Source of the DNA: Faecousia sp.
Lineage (GTDB): Bacteria > Bacillota > Clostridia > Oscillospirales > Oscillospiraceae
Direction: 5' to 3'
Length of the DNA stretch: 64,000 nt
Assembly: GCA_045121575.1 (NCBI GenBank)
Contig: JBGVGH010000047.1
Location: 940 to 64,939 of the forward strand
Part shown: positions 37,536 to 45,988 of the stretch, piece after piece
How positions within the stretch are numbered: position 1 is the stretch's first letter
How the letters are laid out: every line of letters starts with the position of its first letter
Position numbers and translations under genes: made by a program
Notes under the pieces: generated by a model
The model's database searches: none
What the model saw: the letters and a program-made list of their open reading frames with translations, nothing else
Told to the model about the DNA's origin: nothing

Positions 37536-38381
37536 ATGAATATCAAGATTCTCTCCGACAGCACCTGTGATTTGTCTGCCGCCCTGCTGGAAAAGTACGG
37601 CATCACCGTCGTTCCGCTGACCGTGGTCAAGAACGAGGAGCAGTTCAAAGACGGCATTGACATCACCCCTGCCGACATTTTTGCCCATGTTGCCGCCGGC
37701 GGCAGCCTGTGCTCCACCGCGGCCAACTCCGTGGGCGAGTATGCAGACTGGTTTGAAAAGTACGCCCACGACTACGACGGCGTTATCCACATCAACATCA
37801 GCGCCGAGTTCTCCTCCTGCTACCAGAACGCCTGCCTGGCGGCGGAGGGATTCGACAATGTCCGGGTCATCGACTCCCGGAACCTGTCCACCGGCCAGGG
37901 GCTGGTGGTGCTGGAGGCCTGCCGTCTGGCAAAGGAATGCGACGATTTGGACGAAATGGCCGAAAAGCTGCGTGCCTTCACCGGCCGGGTGGAAGCCAGC
38001 TTCCTGCTGGACCGGCTGGAGTATATGACCAAGGGCGGGCGCTGCTCCGCCGCGGCTGCTCTGGGCGCAAATCTGCTGAACCTCAAGCCCTGCATTGAGG
38101 TCAAGGACGGCAAAATGGTGGTGGTGAAAAAATACCGGGGCAACTACGCCAAGTGCCTTGCCAACTATGTCAAGGACCGGCTGGACGGCCGGGACGATTT
38201 GGCGCTGGAGCATCTGTTCGTCACCAAAACCCCTGTCACCCCCGCCTGTTACGAGGCCGTCATGGAAGCGGTTTCCCAGTACGGCCACTTTGAAAATGTT
38301 TACGAAACCGACGCCGGCTGCACCGTGTCCTGTCACTGTGGCCCCGGCACGCTGGGCATTTTGTTCGTCCGCAAAGCGTAA
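37536..38381 (+). CDS. DegV-family fatty-acid-binding protein
   Basis: IKILSDSTCDL start and overall DegV pattern. Confidence 0.85.
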   Translation: MNIKILSDSTCDLSAALLEKYGITVVPLTVVKNEEQFKDGIDITPADIFAHVAAGGSLCSTAANSVGEYADWFEKYAHDYDGVIHINISAEFSSCYQNACLAAEGFDNVRVIDSRNLSTGQGLVVLEACRLAKECDDLDEMAEKLRAFTGRVEASFLLDRLEYMTKGGRCSAAAALGANLLNLKPCIEVKDGKMVVVKKYRGNYAKCLANYVKDRLDGRDDLALEHLFVTKTPVTPACYEAVMEAVSQYGHFENVYETDAGCTVSCHCGPGTLGILFVRKA

Positions 38382-38429
38382 ATACATCAAAAACCGGTGC
38401 AGCCCGTTGGGGGCCGCACCGGTTTCCTT

Positions 38430-38978
38430 TTATTTTTTCAACGCTTTCTTCAGCAGCGGCACAATGACGATTGCCAGTCCGCCACCAATGAGCGCCGTAA
38501 CCAGCTGGGGCCAGGAGAACATGGCCGGCAGCTTTTGCAGCATGGGGGCTTTCAGCATTCCATTTTCCAGCAGCGGGGCGGATGCCACGCCGCAGATGAT
38601 TTTCGCCACCAGAACAAACAGCACCACGCATTTTGCCAGGGCAGCAGCCAGCCACGCCGCTACCTGCCGCAGCGGGTCTTTTCCGTAAAGCAGCCGCAGC
38701 AGCACCACAAACACGGTGTTTCCCACCATGATGGCAGGAACCGTCACCGCCTGGGGGGCAATGCCCAGCAGGAAGGCCAGCATCGGCGAAATGACCGCAA
38801 CCACGATGCCGCAGGACATCCCTCCAAGCAGCGACACAACCGCCAGCACCGCATTGACCCAGGAGCCGGTCACAAACTGGCCCAGGCCCTTGGTGACTGC
38901 CTGCCCCGCCACCAGCAGCGCCAGCAGCACCGCCGTGGTGGTAATCCACAGCACCTTCTGATGATTTTTCTGATTCAT
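38430..38978 (-). CDS. Small multi-pass membrane protein, probable ECF-transporter S component (substrate unknown)
   Basis: 182 aa with 5-6 TM segments. TTGCAA-16-TATAAT promoter upstream with only a ~35-nt leader, so there is no room for a riboswitch. Confidence 0.5.
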   Translation of the reverse strand: MNQKNHQKVLWITTTAVLLALLVAGQAVTKGLGQFVTGSWVNAVLAVVSLLGGMSCGIVVAVISPMLAFLLGIAPQAVTVPAIMVGNTVFVVLLRLLYGKDPLRQVAAWLAAALAKCVVLFVLVAKIICGVASAPLLENGMLKAPMLQKLPAMFSWPQLVTALIGGGLAIVIVPLLKKALKK

Positions 38979-39203
38979 CCCTCTTCCTCTCTTTCTTCAG
39001 CATATTCTCCCATTATAGCACGCCTTTTTCAGATTGCAAGAAAGAATGCACAGTTTTACCTGTATGTTTTCACCGCAATTTGTATATTCTTCCATTTTCA
39101 AAAGAAAAGCCTGCCGTCAAAAAGAAAAATGAAAAGATTTGCTTGTTTTTCTCCCCAGAAGTGATATACTGATTTGGTTAGATTACCACCTGTGAGGAAT
39201 CGT

Positions 39204-40436
39204 ATGATGGATTATAATCGGCTACTGGATTTTACCGTTGACTTTGGCTATGAGCTGGCCATGTCCGGCGCGGAGATTTTCCGGGTTGAGGAAAGCATCA
39301 CCCGGATGTTCGCCGCCTACGGCATTGAGGCGGAGGTTTTCGCCATTCCCAACAATCTGACGGTCAGCATCATCCGCCCGGACGGAAAGCCTTTCACCCG
39401 GATGCGGCGCATTGGCTATCACGACAACGACCTGGACTCCGTAACCCTTTACAATGATTTAAGCCGCCGCATCTGCCGGGAAACGCCGGACGCGGACACC
39501 GCCATGCAATGGCTGGAGGAAACCCGCCGCCGCTGCCACCGCTACTCTCTCCCCGCTTCCCTGCTGGGCTACTGGCTCACCTCCGCTGCGTTCTGTATGT
39601 TCTTCGGCGGCAGCGTGCTGGATGCCCTGGCCGCCGGTCTGAGTGGCGCCTGCGTGGGCCTTATCAGCCACTTTCTGACCCGGCTGAAAACCAACCCCTT
39701 TTTCAGCACCCTGCTTGCCGCCATTCCCCTGGCGTTTATCCCCTATACGCTCAACGCCCTGGGGGTCTGTCCCAACCCGGACGCCGCCATCATCGGCGCG
39801 GTGATGGTGCTGATTCCGGGGTTGCTGTTCACCACTGCCATGCGGGATATCATCTACGGCGACACCAATTCCGGCATCAACCGCTTTTTCCAGGTGATGC
39901 TGATTGCCGTGGCCATTGCCGCCGGCACAGCCGTGGCCTGGAACATTGCCGACAGGCTTTGGGGCCCGCCCGTCAGCGCGCCGGACACCCAGTACATGTT
40001 CCTCATTGAATGCATCGTCTGCTTCATGGGCGGCATGGGTTTCTCCGTTCTTTACAACATCCACGGCAAGGGCATGCTCTTTTGCAGCCTGGGCTGTATC
40101 GTGACCTGGTCTGTTTACCAGCTGTCAGTTCTTCTGGGCACCAGCGAAATGATGGCCTACCTCTTTGCCGCCATCGGCTCCGCCGGTTACTCGGAAATCA
40201 TGGCCCGGATTCGGAAATGCCCCGCCATCGGCTACTTAATCATCTCCATTCTGATTCTCACCCCCGGCTCCAGCCTGTATTACACCATCTACAAAATGGT
40301 GCTGGGCGACACCGCCGGGGCCGGGCGCTTCGGCACCGCCACCGTCACCATCGCAGGGCTGATGGCCGCCGGCATTCTGCTGGTGTCCACCACCGTGCGG
40401 ATGTTCACCGAATGGCACGCCAAACGGCACAAATAA
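39204..40436 (+). CDS. ThrE-family (DUF1212 + DUF3815) putative threonine/serine exporter
   Basis: LLDFTVDFGYELAMSGAEIFRVEESI start motif and a long polytopic C-terminal half. Confidence 0.75.
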   Translation: MMDYNRLLDFTVDFGYELAMSGAEIFRVEESITRMFAAYGIEAEVFAIPNNLTVSIIRPDGKPFTRMRRIGYHDNDLDSVTLYNDLSRRICRETPDADTAMQWLEETRRRCHRYSLPASLLGYWLTSAAFCMFFGGSVLDALAAGLSGACVGLISHFLTRLKTNPFFSTLLAAIPLAFIPYTLNALGVCPNPDAAIIGAVMVLIPGLLFTTAMRDIIYGDTNSGINRFFQVMLIAVAIAAGTAVAWNIADRLWGPPVSAPDTQYMFLIECIVCFMGGMGFSVLYNIHGKGMLFCSLGCIVTWSVYQLSVLLGTSEMMAYLFAAIGSAGYSEIMARIRKCPAIGYLIISILILTPGSSLYYTIYKMVLGDTAGAGRFGTATVTIAGLMAAGILLVSTTVRMFTEWHAKRHK

Positions 40437-40440
40437 TCAA

Positions 40441-40469
40441 AGGCACCTGCTTTCCGCAGGTGCCTTTTT
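40441..40469. terminator. Terminator shared by convergent thrE-like and cobB genes
   Basis: aggcacctgc tttcc gcaggtgcct followed by tttt. Confidence 0.7.
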
Positions 40470-41175
40470 ACAGCTGTGAAAAAATTTCGCCCAGGGGCTG
40501 GTGGAAAACCAAATCCGCCCGGCGGTCATAGGGGGTTTCGTCCCGGTTAATGAGCACCAGGCGGTTTCCCTGATAGTAATCAATCAGCCCCGCCGCGGGA
40601 TACACCGTCAGGCTGGTGCCTGCCACCAGCAGCAAATCCGCCGACGCAATGGCACGGATGGCCCCCTCCAGAGTTTCCGGGTTCAGCCCCTCCTCGTACA
40701 GCACCACATCGGGCTTGACGATGCCGCCGCAGGCGCACCGGGGAATGCCCCGGCTCTCTTTCACAAATTCCGCAGAGAAAAATTTGCCGCAGCGGACGCA
40801 GTAGTTGCGCAGCACCGAACCATGCAGCTCATACACCCTTTTCGACCCGGCCTTTTGGTGCAGGCCGTCAATGTTCTGGGTCACAACGGCAGAGAGCTTC
40901 CCCTCCTGCTCCCATTGGGCCAGCTTTTTGTGGGTGATGTTGGGTTCAAAGCCCAGAGGCAGCATTTTCTCCCGGTAAAAATCGAAGAAATACGCCGGGT
41001 TCCGCTCATAAAAGCTGTGGCTGATGATAACCTCCGGCGGGTAGTCGAATTTCTGGCTGTACAGCCCGTCCACACTGCGGAAATCCGGGATTCCCGATTC
41101 CGTGGACACCCCGGCTCCCCCAAAGAATACCATGCGGCGGCTTTCCTCAATCCACTGTTTCGACTTGTGTATCAT
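40468..41175 (-). CDS. cobB: NAD-dependent protein deacylase (Sir2 family)
   Basis: FFGGAGVSTESGIPDFRS, TQNIDGLH and the Zn ribbon CVRCG...CACGG. The ATG (41173-41175) straddles the left inverted repeat of the inserted element. Confidence 0.85.
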   Translation of the reverse strand: MIHKSKQWIEESRRMVFFGGAGVSTESGIPDFRSVDGLYSQKFDYPPEVIISHSFYERNPAYFFDFYREKMLPLGFEPNITHKKLAQWEQEGKLSAVVTQNIDGLHQKAGSKRVYELHGSVLRNYCVRCGKFFSAEFVKESRGIPRCACGGIVKPDVVLYEEGLNPETLEGAIRAIASADLLLVAGTSLTVYPAAGLIDYYQGNRLVLINRDETPYDRRADLVFHQPLGEIFSQL

Positions 41176-41455
41176 TGTCCAAACTAATTTCCATATCTTC
41201 CTCAATAATCGGAAGCTTGAATTTAATGGATTTTAACCACTGTCCGTTTGCCCTTCGTTCCTCGTAGACCTGAATTTCTGAAATTAACGATTCCATAATC
41301 TGACGTTTTTCCGCCTCGTCCATGACTGAATACAACTTGTCAAAGTAAATCAATACCTTGTAGATATTATCTCCGGTCAGTTTCTCCGCTTCGATTGCGG
41401 TTTTCTTCGCTCTCGCTGCGATAAGCTGGCTTTCGAATTCCTCAATCTTAACCAA
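41147..41455 (-). pseudogene. C-terminal remnant (~100 aa) of a large serine recombinase
   Basis: ...IYKVLIYFDKLYSVMDEAEKRQIMESLISEIQVYEERRANGQWLKSIKFKLPII matches the conserved tail of large serine recombinases. The catalytic N-terminal domain is absent, and the reading frame runs across the element end into host DNA. Confidence 0.7.
41174..41187. repeat. Left terminal inverted repeat (ATTGTCCAAACTAA)
   Basis: Exact reverse complement of 51230-51243. Confidence 0.9.
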
Positions 41456-41738
41456 CCGAAATAATTACATCCAGATTATAATAATCTACATCATAGACTT
41501 TTCCATCAGAGGCAGTGTAGGCAAATTTTGCCCACACTGATTCTTTTTGCAATTCGCCTTCTTTAAATATATTTCTTACGTGTTTTCCGATAACACTTCT
41601 GTCTCGCTGAAACAACTCTGCCATCTGGTCAATGGATAACCATACCGTATCCTCATCAAAGGTCGTTTCAATTTTTGCAAGACCGTCCTCTGTTGTATAA
41701 ATGATAATATTGGATTTCATATCCTCTTTAAATTCCAT
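41448..41738 (-). pseudogene. N-terminal remnant of a RhuM-family protein
   Basis: SNIIIYTTEDGLAKIETTFDEDTVWLSIDQMAELFQRDRSVIGKHVRNIF...YYNLDVIISVG then a stop. Full-length RhuM proteins continue with YRVKS... Confidence 0.7.
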
Positions 41739-42281
41739 TGCTAACCCTCTTTCCAATTTGTGCAACACCCCGTTGCACTATTTCTATGTAGCTCATTTTG
41801 AAACCCTGTTCCAAAATGAGTTTGGACAGATTTTACACGTTAATTATATCATGCAACATCTTTTGATTCAATAGTCGAAAGTGATTCCTCCGTAAAATTC
41901 TCAGTGTCTTTATCGGGAAGATTTTCCACATCAATCACAGATGCATATTTCTCGATCAAATCTGCCATCAAATTTGCAAATCCGCTCCACACGTCCTTTT
42001 CCAACTGTCCTATAAACATCAACCTCCTTGTGGGTGTGCTCAGCACCGCTCCCTTGTCTGCACACAAAAAGCCCTGCAAGGGAAATGACAACAAAGTTCG
42101 ACAACAGAACTCAAAAAACTGCCCATTTCCAATACAGAGCCTTACTACTACATTTCTATTCTTTTTTCATTTATTTGTTGTTTTGGTTGTCAGAGTGGTA
42201 AAACTCCTTGAAAACAAAGGACTTTTTAACTGCTTTTCCATGCAACCAACCGACAACACAGCCGACAATCTGGCCGACACT

Positions 42282-43679
42282 TTAGAAGGGAAGTTCCATC
42301 TGTCTGGCTTCTTCCTCTGACAATTCCACAAATCCATCCGTAGATTTTTCTTCCGTTGCATCGGTGCTGTTGTCACGTTCCCAGCCACGCTGCCTGCCAT
42401 AACTGCCAAAATATCTCGGATTGGAAAACTGCTTCCAACCTTTCACGCTATTATTCATAATCTCATTGATTTCCCTAATTTCCCATTGCTTCGGTTCATC
42501 AAAAGGATGGTTCAATGCTTCTTTATAAAGCTGCTTGGAACACACCTGTTTTCCAGTAAAATTCTCCAAATAAGCCTGTATCAGCCCTGCCTTGGTATCT
42601 TCCGGCATAAATTCCTTCTGCAGTTCCTTCAGATATTGCTCCACTTCTTTAGACAATGTCGGACGAACCTTTCCGCTTCTGTAAATCACCATCGCTTCTG
42701 CCCATAACTGATCAATATACTTACGGGATTCTGTCACATTCTCTAAAATATGAACCTCTGCTTTATCCGGATAAACCATAACAGGGAGAAAGCGTCGGTT
42801 TCCGCTTCGGTCAAGTGGCAGAAAATCCAACGTATTGGATGTACCACCAAACACACATTGACGCAGCCTGTCCGATGCCTGTTTCTCATACGGCACTTTA
42901 TAGGTTTCTTTCCTGCGACTTAAAAAAGATTTGATTTCCTCAATGCTTTTTGCATTTGCTGTGGCAATCATCTCCGACATCTCAATAATCCAATGCCCCT
43001 GTATCTTACGGAAAACATTCTCGTCATCCATCTTTTTTAGGTCATCTGAGAACCATTCATCCTTAACAGCGAGAAATTGAAAAAAAGTTGATTTTCCTGC
43101 ACCTTGACCGCCAGTCAGACAAAGCATGGTATCAAATTTACATCCCGGCTTAAAGGCTCTGCTGATTGCTCCCAACAAAAACAGTCGCATAGCTTCATAA
43201 GTGTATTCATTGATATCCGAACCCAAGAAATGGTGTAATACATATCGGATACGTTCTGTTCCGTCCCATTCCAGTCGGTTCAGATAATCTCTAACAGGAT
43301 GATATTGATTTTTGTCTGCAACGATAGAAATTGCTTTTTCAATTTTCTTTTCCACTGTCAGGCTGTACTTTTCTTCCATATAGAGAAAAAGATAATTGAT
43401 ATCCGTTTCATTCAACGCTCTGGAAGTCTTTTTCCACCAAAGTGGTTTTACAATATCGACTCTCTCCGTCATAATATTATAGCGAATCGCACCCGACAGA
43501 ATTGGATCAGACTGCAATACGGTCAGACAATTCTTGATACTGTTTTTGATGCTGCCATTCTCGTTCAGTATCAGGCTCCCTCTGACTTCTTCCACACTGC
43601 GACAGGTCTGCATTTCTCCAATCGTCTGCATCACTGCTTCCTGCGTCTCTGATGTTAAATTCTGAAATTCGTTGTTCAA
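42282..43679 (-). CDS. VirE (virulence-associated E) family P-loop primase/helicase-like protein
   Basis: DTMLCLTGGQGAGKSTFF Walker A, HWIIEMSEM Walker B-like, RRKETYKVPYEK...GGTSN...GNRRFLPV. Confidence 0.8.
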   Translation of the reverse strand: MNNEFQNLTSETQEAVMQTIGEMQTCRSVEEVRGSLILNENGSIKNSIKNCLTVLQSDPILSGAIRYNIMTERVDIVKPLWWKKTSRALNETDINYLFLYMEEKYSLTVEKKIEKAISIVADKNQYHPVRDYLNRLEWDGTERIRYVLHHFLGSDINEYTYEAMRLFLLGAISRAFKPGCKFDTMLCLTGGQGAGKSTFFQFLAVKDEWFSDDLKKMDDENVFRKIQGHWIIEMSEMIATANAKSIEEIKSFLSRRKETYKVPYEKQASDRLRQCVFGGTSNTLDFLPLDRSGNRRFLPVMVYPDKAEVHILENVTESRKYIDQLWAEAMVIYRSGKVRPTLSKEVEQYLKELQKEFMPEDTKAGLIQAYLENFTGKQVCSKQLYKEALNHPFDEPKQWEIREINEIMNNSVKGWKQFSNPRYFGSYGRQRGWERDNSTDATEEKSTDGFVELSEEEARQMELPF

Positions 43680-43933
43680 TTTTCATATTGAGCCGTATAA
43701 TACATAAGCTCCACTTGTTCAAAAGAAAAATCTTTTTCTGTTTCTTTAGGACGGTCAATTCCCGTAGAAACGCCACGGTAACAATCCCAATACACATTCA
43801 TCTTCGCTCGTTCCGTATCAATATGTTCACTATTTTCCAAATCAAAACGCCTGTCATTATGCTTTGGATTATAAGTGCCATGCTTTCCGGAACGACCATT
43901 ATGTCTGGTCAACCTCATCGACTTTTCCTCCAT
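43676..43933 (-). CDS. Small protein coupled to the VirE gene; N-terminus resembles Mob/Pre-type relaxase starts (weak)
   Basis: ATGA overlap with the VirE start. The RHNGRSGKHGTYNPKHNDRRFDLENSEHID motif recalls the HN(D/Q)R region of Firmicutes Mob proteins, but this is recollection only. Confidence 0.4.
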   Translation of the reverse strand: MEEKSMRLTRHNGRSGKHGTYNPKHNDRRFDLENSEHIDTERAKMNVYWDCYRGVSTGIDRPKETEKDFSFEQVELMYYTAQYEN

Positions 43934-44598
43934 TTCTTAAAATTTCTGATTCATCTGGTCAAAGAAATCGAAGCAGCTTTGCTGCTGTCCTGCTTCATTT
44001 ATGCGCAGGTAATACCCAGTACTAAGTGGCGAAACGCCACTGACTGGGCAAGGCTGCCGCCCTTGACCCGCACAGGGATATTGCATTCCCTGTACCCATG
44101 CACAAAGGGTTGCACCCTCTGTACTCCTGCCGAATAAACTGTCTCGTACCGGTGGCATCCGGTTCTTACAGTTCATTCGTTTTTTCAGAACTCTCCACCG
44201 GAGACTTTTGAAAAAAGGCAATGACCATCTACTATGCCACGTAGATTTTCATTGCCTGTTTGAGTATGCCGCAACTGGCACACTCGATTTGTTTTGCAAA
44301 TGAGCAAAACAAAAAGCATCAACTTTTTACAGCTGATACTCTTTGCTTTAGTCATTATTTGCCGTTCTACCCTTGATGTTTCCTTGGAGGCATATCCCCT
44401 GTGCGGTGCTGTCCAGTCTCCTTTGCAGAAGCGCTCTTTTTCATGGCGGTGTATTTCATCTTGGACGGTCATTCAATTTTTGCTCATCTCTGAACTGGCT
44501 ACATCATACAGCAAAAAATCGAAATTCCCGGATACTTTCCACTATCGAAAATTCACGCAAAAAAGCCCCCAATTTTCCACATAGAAATCCGGGGAACG

Positions 44599-44627
44599 TT
44601 GTCACTTTATTTTGTTTATGATAGAAT
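44599..44627 (+). promoter_or_regulatory. Promoter of the XRE regulator gene
   Basis: TTGTCA, 17-nt spacer, TAGAAT with an extended TG. Confidence 0.6.
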
Positions 44628-44648
44628 ATCTGCGTTAGGAGGATGCTA

Positions 44649-45461
44649 ATGAAAACTCAATTATCAATACAGGAAAAATTAGAAGATTTAAGAAAAGAAC
44701 GTAAGCTTACCCAAGATGTTGTGGCATCTGCTGTCGGGATAACCATATCTACGTTAAGTAAGTATGAAAATAAAGAAAACAAAGAATACAACATTGCCAC
44801 TCTCAACAGTCTGGCTAAATATTATGATGTTCCTTTGGAGTGGCTTGTCGGCAATACCGAAATACGAGAAGTGACCAACACACCTATCAATGAACTGATG
44901 TTAGATGATGAAACAATCGAGCTGTTAAAAAGTGGTCGTTTTAACAACCGACTTCTCTGTGAAATTATAAAACATCCAGACTTCATAAAGCTGATGACAG
45001 ATACTGAAATCTATGTTGACGGTATCGCCACCATGCAGATCAAAAATATGAATGACTGGCTGGATGCTGTCCGTTTCCAAATCATACAGCAGAAAAATCC
45101 GGATGCTAATGATTTATATTTGAAAGTACTGGAAAGCTCACATATTCAGGAAGAAGAATATTTCTTCCATACCATTCACAGTGATTGGGACAATATTGTT
45201 CGCACAATTCGTGAAAACCATCAATATGCTGTAGAGTCTGCACCGATTGAAAGACCTATGTCCAACGATAAAAAGGTTCAGCGATTCTTACAGACTCTCA
45301 AATTCAAGAGTAACCCAATCGAAGAATTCTGGCATTTCTTCTGCGACGAAATGCAGATTCCATTCGACCACCTATCTGTAGAAGAACATAAAATCATGAA
45401 GGACGTTTTCAAGCGTTCCAAACTTTTGAAAGCCTTGCCAAATCGCAGAAAAGGGAAGTAA
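44649..45461 (+). CDS. XRE-family HTH regulator with a ~190-aa C-terminal domain of unknown function
   Basis: LRKERKLTQDVVASAVGITISTLSKYEN HTH. AGGAGG lies 6 nt before ATG 44649. Confidence 0.8.
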   Translation: MKTQLSIQEKLEDLRKERKLTQDVVASAVGITISTLSKYENKENKEYNIATLNSLAKYYDVPLEWLVGNTEIREVTNTPINELMLDDETIELLKSGRFNNRLLCEIIKHPDFIKLMTDTEIYVDGIATMQIKNMNDWLDAVRFQIIQQKNPDANDLYLKVLESSHIQEEEYFFHTIHSDWDNIVRTIRENHQYAVESAPIERPMSNDKKVQRFLQTLKFKSNPIEEFWHFFCDEMQIPFDHLSVEEHKIMKDVFKRSKLLKALPNRRKGK

Positions 45462-45523
45462 AAAAGACTCACATAAAAATTCTTTTTTTGACTGACATTA
45501 ACTCCATTTTCGAAAAACGAAGC

Positions 45524-45559
45524 AAAAGGCACTAACTTTTTTGCGGTTAGTGCCTTTTG
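45524..45559. terminator. Bidirectional terminator between the XRE gene and the cargo operon
   Basis: aaaaggcactaac ttttttgcg gttagtgcctttt. Confidence 0.75.
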
Positions 45560-45569
45560 GCTTGGTCAT

Positions 45570-45926
45570 TTATTTTGTTGTTAATAAGATTCTCGCATCG
45601 AATTTGAAATTTCTTCCATCGTCTGTATAAACATCAACTTTATCACCCTCATGAGCTTTTATCGTTGCAAGCAACTGAGAAGAAATTTTTTTCTTGCCAG
45701 CTAAACTTAGAACATCCTCATAAACATCAAAAGTTATACATTCATTAATATCATAAACAAAAATCTTTACATTCAATACGGTGCCAAGATATTCTCCACC
45801 AGTAACATATGTTCCATTCCCACCGGGGTAATTGTCATATTTATACTGGTCGTAACCCTGTACTCCTTGTTTAATGTAAGTTATTCGACTTTGATGTTTT
45901 TCTATTTCAACAATTCGTCCTTTCAT
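45570..45926 (-). CDS. 118-aa soluble protein, unknown function (last gene of the cargo operon)
   Basis: GGAGGTGG RBS 4 nt before ATG 45924-45926. No TM segment and no motif I recognise. Confidence 0.6.
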   Translation of the reverse strand: MKGRIVEIEKHQSRITYIKQGVQGYDQYKYDNYPGGNGTYVTGGEYLGTVLNVKIFVYDINECITFDVYEDVLSLAGKKKISSQLLATIKAHEGDKVDVYTDDGRNFKFDARILLTTK

Positions 45927-45988
45927 TTTTCCACCTCCAGTCAATATTCTTCATTCATTAGAAAAAAAACGATTGCGGAATATGATAA

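Noticed and set aside
41849-42094. An 81-aa ORF in the element, and ORFs 43937-44221 and 44185-44472.
   Set aside because: None has a convincing RBS at proper spacing, the compositions are odd and no motif is present. The latter two overlap the hairpin-rich non-coding region. They are not reported as genes.
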